NCBI RefSeq assembly: GCF_046119375.1
Contig: NW_027362773.1
Span: forward strand, 88,164,001-88,228,000
Reading direction: 5' to 3'
DNA: 64,000 bases
Source: Phyllobates terribilis
Taxonomy: Eukaryota
Shown here: positions 1 through 11,500 of the stretch, one piece after another
How positions within the stretch are numbered: the stretch's first letter is position 1
Layout of the letters: each line of letters begins with the position of its first letter
Position numbers and translations under genes: made by a program
The notes under the pieces: generated by a model
What the model was told of the DNA's origin: nothing
Databases searched by the model: none
The model's input: the letters and a program-made list of their open reading frames with translations, nothing else

Positions 1-3000
1 TTTCTCCTTCTTCGGGTGGAAGGGGCATGTATTCCTGGCAAGAAATAATTAAAAGGTGTAAAGACAAATATGACAGGTCAGCTTAGATTTCAAGAGCCCT
101 GTCTTTTTTTTCATTCAGGATTCTGGTCCTACTACCTCAGAATGGAACAATTTTTTTTTTCCTCCTCAGGTTTTACGACAAGATTTTTAATCCTTTATTT
201 TTTATATAATCAGAACGTCTCAATGGTAGAGACAAAATCCCCACCAGTAGTTTAAAAATGAACATTCGTGGTTTTTTTTTTTTTTTAACAATAAGGCTAT
301 GTTCACACATGTTTTTTTGTCACAAATCTGCATCAAAAAATGATCTTTGGCAGGAAAGAAGCTGCGTCAAAAACGCAGGTTTTGCTGCGCTTTTTTTTTT
401 TTTTTTTGCAGAAATGTGTCTTTTGTTCATGCGTGTACATAAAGTTCAGTGAAAAAAAAAAATCTCATTCTGGTTTTGGCATAACAGTGGGGGAGGTGAA
501 TTGTTCAGGAATAGTTTAACAAACTCATGGCACTGCCAATGTGTATGACACCATTTACTTTCACACTTTGGGGTCTGCCATACAGTTGCATTGGCATTGT
601 TCAATTTCACACCTGGGCCACAGGTATTGTTCAATCTCACACCTAGCTCAGCCATTGTTTACACATAACTAATTTAATTAAACTCTCGTTATACAAACTA
701 CCATCTCAGTGACCAAGTCAAGATGGTAAAATGACAAAAATAAATGTGTTTCACAAACAATGATGTGTGAACAGAAAATTCTGGTTTTTCATAGACTTTG
801 CTGGTACTGCAAAACGCAGCTGAAAATTTTCAGAAAAATCTGAAGCAAAGAAGGCTGAAAAAAACATGATGTGTGAACATGGCCTTAGATCACAGACACA
901 CAACCCCCACCGATACATTCCCAATGACGGGTTTTGGGTTCTATGGGCTGTGTGCAGATTCCCAGCTCAGGATCAATCCCTTAGATTGTAAGCTCCTTTT
1001 ACTTTTGCCTGTTTGTACCTTTCACTTGAATTTTCTTAATTGTAAATTGCTGTGAAATATGTTATTACAATATAAATAAAGAATTATTTTTGTGACCGGA
1101 CAGCCATTGAAAATTATGGTCACAGTCCTAAAGTTTAAGTCATTTAGAAAAGGGGAAAGGAAGCACACAAAAGATATAGAAGAGACCCCTTTTACATAAA
1201 AATGAGCATAAGTACATACCAGCAACTTATCAAAAAGCTTGTTCAAGTTGGATTCTAATTTGTCCATGTCTCCGCAGAAGGAGCTCATCTCAGCCAACAG
1301 CTTCAATACCTTAAAACAAGAATAAATTCCAGAATTACAAGGGGTGCCCATCACTTCTTACACTGTAATCTAGACAAAATTGACTATAACCAGAGTTACT
1401 ACTTACCTCCAACTGGACATCAATGCCCTCGGCTGGACTGGTCAGGGTGCTCAGGATGGGCAGAACGTGCTCACAGAAGTAGGTCACAAACTTTGTGGAG
1501 TGAACGTTTTTCTACAAAAGGAAAAAAAAAGTCAGAATTATTAATTGCAGAGACACTCATCAGTTGGTTAGACAACCTGGCGGCACCGCAGCAGACTTAC
1601 TGAAAACAACGGCACTGCCTGGCGCATGCACTGGAGTAGGCGATCCACAGAGTCGGGGTCTGCAGGGTTCAGCGGTGTCTGCTGCAGTCCTGCTTGTTCA
1701 GACACTAGATCCACCAGCTGCTGTCTGCCGCTGACCGTCTGGAGGTTTTTCAACGAAGAAAGAATTTTCATAAACAGGACGAATTCTTCTCCCGTGACGT
1801 CATACAGGACCTAAGGGACGAGACGTAATTAATAATCGCCAAGGCTGTGGAACACCGAGTCGCACAGGACCATGCATTCCCACTGCAAGGCACAAGGCAG
1901 TGGTGTCTCAGGATACTGGTATATTGCAATGATGTAGCACCAATGCTCGACTGGCCGCTGTCCCCCATCGTGCACTGATGATTCTTCCCAGCAATAAACT
2001 AATCCCTAGACGACCCAGTTTATTACCAATGGGTATACAATTACCTTCTTTGATTCAGAGAATATTAAGTCATCCACCTCCTTCGTCATAACATCGTCTG
2101 GAAGTGTTTTCAGCTTAGAGGAAAGGAATTTAATGGCTCGTTCACGGACTATATCTTCTCCTTGAAGGATCTGGCTGAACAAGCCTCCCAATGTGCCTGA
2201 GTATGACAGAAGAAACATCTTAATATGTATAATGCTTCTAAACTTAAAGGAGTTTTCCACCTTTGCGGGTAAAAAAAAAGTTTTTTTTTTGTACTCAGAT
2301 GCACGTATTTGGATCTTAAAAAAAAACATCTCCAAAATTGGGTTTCATTAGAAAAAAATAAAATAAAATCAATCAACTTTGATGTGTTCTGTGGTCTTGA
2401 TGGACAGTGCAGCACGGCAGCTATAGAAGGCAAACTGTGCACAATTTTTAATGAAACCCAATTACAAAAATAATTTACATTTTAAGCCTTAATTACATGC
2501 ATTTAAGTAAAAAAAAGTCAAAAGGTGGACAACACATGATGCAACTGAAAAAAAAGCTGTACTGAAAGTACAATAAGCTCCAATGAGGCCCAATTGACAA
2601 AATGATGCTATGGACATCCCTCAACGTGGATACTCTTGGCATAATGTGCATGCACACTCATTAATGCATTATGCCTTGAACAGAAAGACCCTATTAGCAA
2701 AAATCCACTTTTATAATGAAAAATGATGCACTCATTCTAACTGTAGAGCAACTTTCAAAGCAGTCAAAACGGACTAAAATATACTCCCTATTTTTCAATG
2801 GAAGCGCACCGCCATCTTGTGGATGACGTGACTTTTCATTGATCCCTCCGCATCACACATGCGCCTAATGTGACAGACAGGGAAGAGTTTTGGAGAGGCA
2901 AGAGAAACTAAAGTGACGCAATGTCCCCAACAGCAGCCTGTAGATGACCTTTAACTCCACAGCCCTGAACATGATCTCCCTGCTCTAAGCTCACGCTGCT

Positions 3001-6000
3001 CAGAGCAGTTCGATCCCTTCTGTGCAGTAGTAATGCTGACCGCCACTTCCAGCAGACAGTTGTGTTTATTTACCATGGGAAGGGCATGCGCACGGTGACG
3101 TTTTTCCGTGTAATATTAAGCTAATAAAAAAAAAAGTGTTTTTTTTGATGATGGGTGCTTTTCAAAATATTTGCATATTTTATTTATACCTCTTACTTTA
3201 CTGAAAGTACAGTAAATACATGGTGGTTTGAAGCAGCGAAGAAGGGGAAAAAAAAAAAAAAAAAAAAAGAGTCTCATCTGCAATTACCTTTGGCATCCAT
3301 CTTGAATATGCTCAGCAAGGCATTGTTCACCAACGTGAACTCAGCGGAGTCATCTGAAAAGCAAAAAAAATACACAGTTCAGATAATCAATTAATCAGAA
3401 GGTTAAAGAGGTTGTCCACTACTTTTACACCGATGCACTATCCTTAGGGTTAGACACCCGGCCCCCAGCTGTTATCGGTGTCAGTGGCCACTGGCCAGAA
3501 GTACTGCACATCCACCTCCCATTCAAATCAATAGGAGGCAGATGTGTAGTAACCCGTGGCGGCCACTACTAGAAGACGGCCAAGCTCCACACGTTAGGAC
3601 TTCTGGTAGGATGCCGCCACCGATTAGACATTGATGACCTATCCCAAGGATAGGGCATCAATGTAAAACTAGTGGACAACTTGGTTACCCCCAGCCTCTG
3701 TCCCTTTCAAAATGAATACAATAATTCCATATCGCTATCGGCATTGTATGGAGAGGTACCCAAAAAGCTTCATCTGTTTTACTCAACTTGCAATGTAACT
3801 TCAGTTAAAAGTTATAACGCACCTGACTGCAAAAGCTGGGCAAGGATGTCTGCCACACGGGGCAGGTTCTCTCCAGTAGCGAACTGTGACAGTTCTTTAA
3901 TAGCCTGACGACGGATCTAAAAAAAACATGTGAAAAGAAAATAGGGTTAACAGTTACAGTAGTGTATAGTGTTGAGCGAGTATGTTCTATTAACCCTTTC
4001 GCCGAGTACGCTCAGGCCGAGCTCCGAGTATTTACAGCTGCTCGGTGATAAGGTTAAATCGATTTGCAACTGTTTTATTACATGGGAGGAATGTCTATTT
4101 CTTACACATTCCTCACATGTAATAAAGCTGTCAAACAGTTGCAAATCATGCACACAGGAGCGATTTAACCTCATCACCGAGCAGCTGTAGATACTCGGAG
4201 CTGGGCACAAGCATACTCGCTCAACCCTAGTAGTGTATTATTATTGTGGCAACAAACAGGACCCGATGCAAGTTTTACTGTCATATGAAGAGGGGTGGGG
4301 GCGGTTAAAACTAACAGTTTCTCCAATAGTCTGTAATGTTGAGGCAAAGTGGCAGCAATTCTCTTTTCATACAAAAAATATTCTAAAGTTGCAGAACTTT
4401 TCATTGACTGATAAACAGGAGATGATTCCCTACCGACACTTCCTCGTCTTCACACAGGTCCAGCTGAGCGTTGAGCGCAGAATCAGAAAGCTCCGGGAAA
4501 TATTTAAAGAATTTAGGAATGAACTGAGCAGCCAGTCTCTTCTCCTTCGCTCCTCCTTTCACACCATCCAGGATAACCTGATACGCAGCTTTGTGCTGTG
4601 AAGATAAATTAAGAAATACAGAATTACTTTACGTGAATTTTACAGAGCAGAAAGTGAAAAGCCAAAAAACAAGTGGGAAATAAAATCAGACACAAGCGTC
4701 CGCTGCGTGTGCAGCACTGCGGCCGATCATTGTGTGCTCAGATGCTTTTAGCTCAGTGTGGACACAGAGTCCAGGAGCAACAGAAACAGCTGCCGCCTGC
4801 AACTACAAAGCAATGGAGCAGCCTTACTGACACATGATGCCTACGTCTGCCAAACCAAGGGCATGTAAGAGGGTATGTCACAGGAGAAAGGTAGTGTAAA
4901 ACATAGCAAAAATAATAAGCAATTGCACAGTGCAGAGCCGGGCAGTTTGGCTCCATTCTCCGCTTACATCCGGCCACTGATCGATGGGGTTATCGGGTGC
5001 CAGACGCACATTGATATATTGATGACGTCTTCAATAACATAAGACTAGACAACCTCTAAGCTTTTTCTAAATTTACACGTATAAAAAATTATGTAAATTA
5101 GTTTTTATCCACTTTGGATGACGTTCTGTGTCTACCATAAAGTCAGGTTTACAAGCCGGACAAGGTTTCCTTTCCAGCCAGCAGGCGTCTGCTCCGACAG
5201 CCTCAGCTCAGTCAACTACTAGTACCACGTTAGGACATTAGGGCGCTATTTTAAAATAGTAGAAAACGTGTTTCTGGAAGATTGGAGAACTGTAAAAGTG
5301 TCTACTACAGGGCCATAAAGGCACTATGTGACTAGGCAAAATCCCTGGACAAAAATGAGTTACCAGAGTGGTTGTCCCGCGCCTGCAAAGGCGATACTCC
5401 GCCCTTCCATAAGCATCGGCTTCTCGTTTCTTCTGCGCAGACACCGGCACCTGAACCCAATGCTCATAGAAGGGGGGATCTGGCAATTGCAGGACAACAA
5501 CTAGACATCGCAGAGCCCTGTGACGCTAGTGGCAGGAGACAGGCACGCAAATGAAGACCGGAGGAGTTTCCCTCCAGGCACCGCAAGGTTTGAGAAAGGT
5601 TCGCACCTATAGCTGAAATGTCACCTAAAGTCCACATGGGCCATTAAATCACCATTTATTTTTTCTAACAAGGAGTGCGGTCTTCATTTTTTATTCTATA
5701 TTGAGGATTGGTAAATGGTTGGAGGATTTGCACCCATGCTCTTTTAACGGAATATATTTTATTCCTGTGTGCCACTGTCCTGTACTACACTGCAGCCGGA
5801 CATAATTATATAATGTCTTGGGGCTTGTAGAGTGAAAGTGAGAAAGTACACAAACCAGGAGGAAGCAAACTCTGATATGAGCCCATCTTATGGAATTTAC
5901 CTGGCGCAGGAGTGGTCGATATCTATAAAACTTAAAGAAGCAGTCCTCTACTTTTACATTGATGGCCTATAGATATCGTAGGTCAGATCGGCCGGGGTCC

Positions 6001-7537
6001 AACACCCGACACACCCGCCGATCATCTATTAACGGCGGCCGAAAGTGCTCACTTGCTGAGCTGCTCCGTTTACCTGTAGTGGCTAAGACTTGTTACTGTA
6101 CATCAGTCTCTGCCTGCAGAAGTACAGCAAGGCTATGTTCACACTAAGCATTTTTTCAGTTTTATGCAAATTTTACAGCATCAACAATCTAAGAGATTTC
6201 AGAAATCTCATGCACACTGTTTTTTTTTCTTACCCTAAGCATTGTGTTTTGCATGTTTTTCAGTGATTTTCACATATTAAAAGTAATGAGTGGTGAAAAA
6301 ACGCTACAAAAAACGGAGGTATCAGGATTTGCAGCGTTTTTTGTGTGTGCCAAAACCTGATGAAATAGAATCAGATTTTTTTTTTCACTAAACTTTATCA
6401 GCATGTAGTAGAGACAAATGTAGCATTCCAAAAACCCCGCAAGAGATCAGATTTAACTGCAGAAAAAAAAAACACCTAGTGTAAACATGGCCTAACAAGC
6501 CGCGGCCACTACAAGTGGACAGAGCAACTCGGTAAGCGCGTACAGCGGCCACCGACACGGATAATAGCTGATCGGCGGGGATGTTCGACCCCAGCTGATC
6601 AGATATTGGGCCTATACTTCGGATACAATGTAAAAGTACTGGACAACTTCTTTAAAAAACAAAAGTTACTAGAGAAAACTGGAAAATTAAGAAACGAAAA
6701 GGAAGCCACAAATCAGAGCAGGTGTGTGAGGCCCGGAGGGATAAGTATAAAGGTTACACATCATCTACACTGAGCATATACAGCACAATTATAATCCTAC
6801 TGCTCATTAAAGGGCTGTGAGCTGTGGAGCACCAGGGGCTGGACCCCCAGCAATCCATACGTTATCAGCTATCCCATGTATAAAAAAAAAAGCCTGACAA
6901 AGCAATAAAAGGTCCGGACAGATTGTGAAACATCTGACGCTCTGATGGCTGCTGGGGGAATGGGAGACTATTTGCTAAAACTGTTGTATAATCACCAGTG
7001 AAGAAACAACAGTGTCCCCTGCTATAATGGGGTACAACGGGTGGGGGGCGATGACTATGATCCCCTCTAAAGAAACCAATCCAGACACAAACTTTCACAA
7101 GATCGATTCTATGGCTGCAGAGATAATGAGGGGTTTATGGAGGGGCCTAAAAGAAAAGCTATTTCTTGCCCGTAACAACCAATAACAGCACGGCTTACAT
7201 TCGGCACTATGCTCTATCCAAATGAAAGCTGCTCTGTGATTGGTTGTTGCGAGGCAGAAAGCATTAGACCGCTCCATGCCCCATAGTGAGCGGACGAGGC
7301 CCGGAGGAAAGGCGGGAGAAGGGCCCGGGCAACAAGGAGGCAAGGACCGAGAGACCAGGCCTGGAAACAGGAGAAAAGGGAAGGCAAAGCCCGCGAAAGA
7401 CAGGCCCGGGGCGCCGCACACAGAGGCCTATGTCCCGCAGCGCCAGAGCACCACGTTTCGGTTCTTACCTGGCTTACGTCGTCCTTGGCGTCGGCCAGGA
7501 TCCCGTAGTTCCGGTACAGCTCCTCCACGGTCGGCAT
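1..7537 (-). CDS. api5: Apoptosis inhibitor 5, 5' part (exons 1-8 and start of exon 9; gene continues past the left edge)
   Basis: Coding exons on the minus strand: 7469-7537 MPTVEELYRNYGILADAKDDVSQ; 4434-4595 HKAAYQVILDGVKGG..LDLCEDEEVS; 3823-3916 IRRQAIKELSQF..; 3288-3353 DSAEFTLVNNALLSIFKMDAK; 2045-2196 GTLGGLFSQILQGEDIVRERAIKFL..; 1601-1810 VLYDVTGEEFVLFMKIL..AVPLFS; 1407-1511 KNVHSTKFVTYFCE..; 1220-1309 VLKLLAEMSSFCGD..; 1-34 EYMPLPPEEGE. All introns are GT-AG and phases are consistent. The peptides match vertebrate API5 as I recall it. Confidence 0.97.
295..884. mobile_element. Harbinger/PIF-type MITE (API5 intron 8)
   Basis: Termini GGCTATGTTCACAC / GTGTGAACATGGCC; flanked by TAA and TTA (TWA target). 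Confidence 0.65.
3407..3682. mobile_element. Degenerate TTAA-type (T2/Kolobok-like) MITE
   Basis: TTAA|AGAGGTTGTCCACTA start and TAGTGGACAACT end; internally palindromic. Similar to 5936-6651. Confidence 0.5.
3967..4229. mobile_element. hAT-type palindromic MITE
   Basis: TIR TAGTGTTGAGCGAG / CTCGCTCAACCCTA; perfect 8-bp TSD GTAGTGTA at 3959-3966 and 4230-4237. Confidence 0.85.
5936..6651. mobile_element. TTAA-type MITE with a nested Harbinger MITE (6131-6492)
   Basis: TTAA flanks at 5932-5935 and 6652-6655. The inner element has termini GGCTATGTTCACAC / GTGTAAACATGGCC, like 295-884. Confidence 0.6.
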
Positions 7538-7870
7538 GTCTGTATCTAACACCGGCGATGTTCTCAGTGACGGTAATCTCCTCAGTGTGTGCGCAGAGAG
7601 CGACTGTACAGACGGGAAGCGGGAAAAGACCTGATCACAGCGCCCGTGCTCCAAAACCACAGCGTCACCTGGCGGCCCCAGCACTAAGTACAGCTCGGAA
7701 AGCGCACGCGTCACCTGGAAGGTTCCAAGCAGAGTGTGGCACTCACAGGCGACGCGTGCGCATGTCTTTATAGGGGGCGTGGTTGTAACAGGGGGCGTGG
7801 TTGTAACAGGGGGAGGGGGGCGTGGTTGTAACAGGGGGGGGGGGCGTGTTTCCTTATGGGCGTGGAAACT
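7538..7870 (-). promoter_or_regulatory. API5 5'UTR and CpG-rich promoter with TATA box and repeated GC/KLF boxes
   Basis: TATAAA on the minus strand at 7767-7772; GCGCATG (NRF1-like half site) near 7758-7764; three copies of GGGGGCGTGGTTGTAACA plus two further GGGCGTG boxes in 7773-7865; high CpG density from ~7180 to 7870. Confidence 0.7.
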
Positions 7871-7954
7871 TTTTTTTTTTTTTTTTTACTTATATGCATG
7901 TAATTTCGACTTAAAAAAAACCTTTGTATTTAGGGTTAATAGTATTTTTTTCTC

Positions 7955-8170
7955 TGTTTGCTTCTACAGTCTCGTGTGTTACACTTTCTATTGTTGGAGT
8001 TAACTGGGAATCCATCAGTGAGCTTATTCTGAAGGTCCACGAGGAGAGTTTCTAACTCTTTTTTCTCTTTTCCTGAGCTCTTCTTAGCTGATTTATGACC
8101 CCAGACCACATCAACATTAAATGTGCAGAGAAAAAATGCTAAATTTTTAATAAAACTGAACTGCAAAACT
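7955..8170. repeat. Fragment of a dispersed repeat also present at 55640-56240
   Basis: Shared segments such as GAGCTC..AGCTGATTT(A/G)TGACC(C/A)CAGA(C/A)CACATCAA occur at ~8090, ~55900 and ~56080. Confidence 0.55.
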
Positions 8171-8519
8171 AGATTTCAGTCCTAAATACATCCATAAAAA
8201 TGTCCCTAGCGGTGGACAGTCCCTGACTCCTGTGATCAGACATTTGCAGAGTGCCACGATGGTAGCTAACTATCCTTCTTATATTAATTATGGGATTATG
8301 AGGCCAAAATCTTCCCTATGCCACCGCAGGTAACATTGCCAACGGTTCTGATAATGGAAACACCTTGATGACGGGATATTTATTTATACCAAGGTCTTCC
8401 AGAATTGTGCACAAGTAATGACTCCCATCATCCTTATCAATGAGGAACCTTGGCAGCTGGTCGGCGAGCCCGCTACATATACCAGGGGACAGACTCAGCT
8501 GCTACACAGAAACAGAACA

Positions 8520-11500
8520 ATGCGCAGTCCTGTCCTCATCTGCCTCTTACTCCTACCATTTACCGATGCCCTTCCGGTGAGTACAGAAGCCATTCAACAA
8601 TGTGAGAACTTAAAGGGATATTCCAGTCTGATGGGTGCTGCTTCCACTTTTGGACTTTCCACCTTCTATGACCTCTCCATTCATTTCTATGGGAGGAGCA
8701 GCTGGAAAATGGGGGCCAACACCTAATTTGGAATTTTTGGCATTGTGGACTTGCTGTACATCTATCCTCCTTTTAAAAATATATAGAATAAACTCAATGT
8801 TTTATTTAAGTTTGATCTTTATTTATTTATTAAAAAACAAAAAGTTTCTAAATGGAAACCATCAACAAGCAGGTGCTGCCACTGACAGGTAATATGGCTT
8901 TAATAAGAGCTGACCACATTGTCGCCTCTCTTTGGCTTCTTCTCGGCAGCCGCAGGGTCGGCCATTGGCTGTGATGAGGCCTCCAGAAACATATGAGTGG
9001 ATCCAACAAGAGGAAAAGTTCTGCAAGTGCCACTGATACTTTGTGGTAGAACTCCGGCAGCGGGATGAAGCTTTACATGGATAGGGACAGTCCCATTGCA
9101 ATTGTCGACATAGAAAACCATATTTGGTTTTTCTTTTCTTTTTTTTTTTTAATTGTGGACGTATAAAACTGAAGTCAGACAGATGTAAAAAACGGACGCA
9201 TGGAGATCAGTGTAACGACGCGCGGATGAAAAAAACGTCATCTGGAAGAAAAACGGACGATATTTCATCCGCTCGTCTGAGCCCAGACTTTGGGACTCGT
9301 TATGGGGTTCTAACCTTCCAAGGCTTCCAATCTCTGAAAGCAAGCAGAAATCACAAGATAAAGAACATAAAGTATATTACTTATAAGAGACATGGAGCAG
9401 ATTAATGTTGGTGTTAAAATTATTCTAATAACCTTTTATTTCTTTTCAGTTAAAAAACAGACTGTCAACAGATGGTGAGTTATTGGCATCCATATTCCAC
9501 ATTAGGCCATGGCCCCACTATCAGTATTCAGTCAGTATGTTTTCTCAGGAGTGGGAGCCAAAACCAGGAGTGGGTAATAAATGCAGAATTGGTGACTTGT
9601 TTCTATTATACCTTTTCGCTGATTGTTCCTCATCTGGTTTTGGCTCCCACTCCTGAGAAAAAATACTGACCAAATACTGATAGTGGAGCCGTGGCCTTAG
9701 CTCATTGCCGGCACAGTCCGGAACCTGTACTATTTTCAAGGAAGAGAATCCTATGTGGCAAGCTACATTGCCCCCAGCGTATAACATCTGGCCACATTGC
9801 CCCCAGTGTATAACATCCGTCCCCTCGCCCCTAGTGTAAAACATCCTGGACAATTGCCGCCGGTGTATAACATCCTATTTTGTTGCCCCTCAGTGTAAAC
9901 ATTCGGCCCCTTGCCTCCGATGTATAACATATAGTCCCTCGCCTCCCGTGTTCGCTGTATAACATCCATCTCCTCTCCCCCGGTGTATAACCTCCGGCCC
10001 TCAGCCTGGCCGGCTGCCTTTATTAACCTGACAGAATGGTGGTGCAGAGCTCACAGATACCAGCGTCGTCCTAGAATAGGAGCCACTGTTGAAACTAGTC
10101 CCTTCATGACATTTCTTCCATGACCATGAACTATGGATGAAAAGCTCCAATAAGTGTAATCTGTAGGTGTCCCCTTACTTTTGTCAATCTAGTGGATGTG
10201 CTCTAAAAGTCCTTCTGTCCGATATCCTAACCTACAGCGTTGTGTCCTATATACTGTGACACATTACATATTTACTGTTTTAATGAAAAGGCACCGCAAT
10301 GGGGGTCTACTACAGGCCATAATATTGCATATATATGCATTTTGCATAAAATATCATTTATTTTTATCCATCAGCTCCAACAATAACCGACCCAGAGGCT
10401 GAGGAGATTGAAGATGTTTTCTCACAAATACTAAGGTCCAACAAAGGTAAACATCATCTTTTCTCTCCAGAACATAAAGAAACAATTGTGTCTTCATTAC
10501 ACACATGCTCTGTTCTGTCATATAGACTCCACAGTTAAGTTGTATCATGGAGATATTGTGATGGACACAAGCTACAGTGCCATAAAGTGCCCCTATTGTC
10601 TGTGGAAAAAATCTGAGGATGGCGTGGTGAAGGTGCCCTACAGTCTGGCCTCGGATTATAGTAAGTGTGGAAGGGGTAACGTGTTGCTAATGGGGGCAGC
10701 CTAGCATAGGGCACTGCAGTGTATTCAGTGACTTGGCACACACATTTTTAGGGTTATACTTTATATTTCTACTGGTGCTCCACCAAGCTACCCTGCTTGG
10801 GTCAGGGGATTTTGGACATAGTATTTAGATACATGGTAGCAAAACAGAATCTAGTCCCTTGGGTAAAAGAAAACCCTGCTATGATTCAGATGCAGGTCAC
10901 CAATGCATAAAATCGAGCAGACTGTAGATTTGTTGCCACCTCCTTGTGCTTCCAGGTGCTGAAAATAAAGAACTGATTACTGCCTCCCTCGAGACCTTCA
11001 CAACCCTAACCTGTATCCGATTCCTGGAAAGGACCACAGAGAAGGACTACCTGGATATCCACTCTGGAAGCGGGTATGGGTTTAATACAACAGGAGAGCT
11101 TATAAAAGCTCATATAGACTTTATACTGTCTGAGGTGCCAAAGTAAGCCGTGCTAGTGTCATCCCATATAAATACTGTGTGCACTGGAGCGACACATACA
11201 AATCCCCTATATCACATACGATGACAGGAGCGATATAAAGTAGCAGTAAAAAAAAGTTGTGTACAAAGCAAGGACAGAACCTGCTGACCATCAAAGCTGC
11301 CTCATTATAACCACAGTCTTGAGAGTTGTACAGATGGCAGGTATAATTTTGTCACTCATCCATTATTTGATTTGGGAACATATTTTAGGGTCGAACCTGC
11401 CAAAAAATACAGGTCATGTGATTGTCGCTTCTCCATCCCCCTATGATTATTTTTCTAACAATAATACCATATCAAAACAAAAGAAAACAAATCAACTTTT

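Noticed and set aside
7214-7773. Long overlapping ORFs at the API5 5' end
   Set aside because: GC-rich CpG-island artefacts; only the 23 codons at 7469-7537 are supported.
8873-8888. Alternative 16-nt astacin mini-exon (AG-GTGCTGCCACTGACAG-GT, phase 0 to 1)
   Set aside because: No polypyrimidine tract, and it cannot be used in series with 9450-9474 without creating a stop; the latter has much stronger splice sites.
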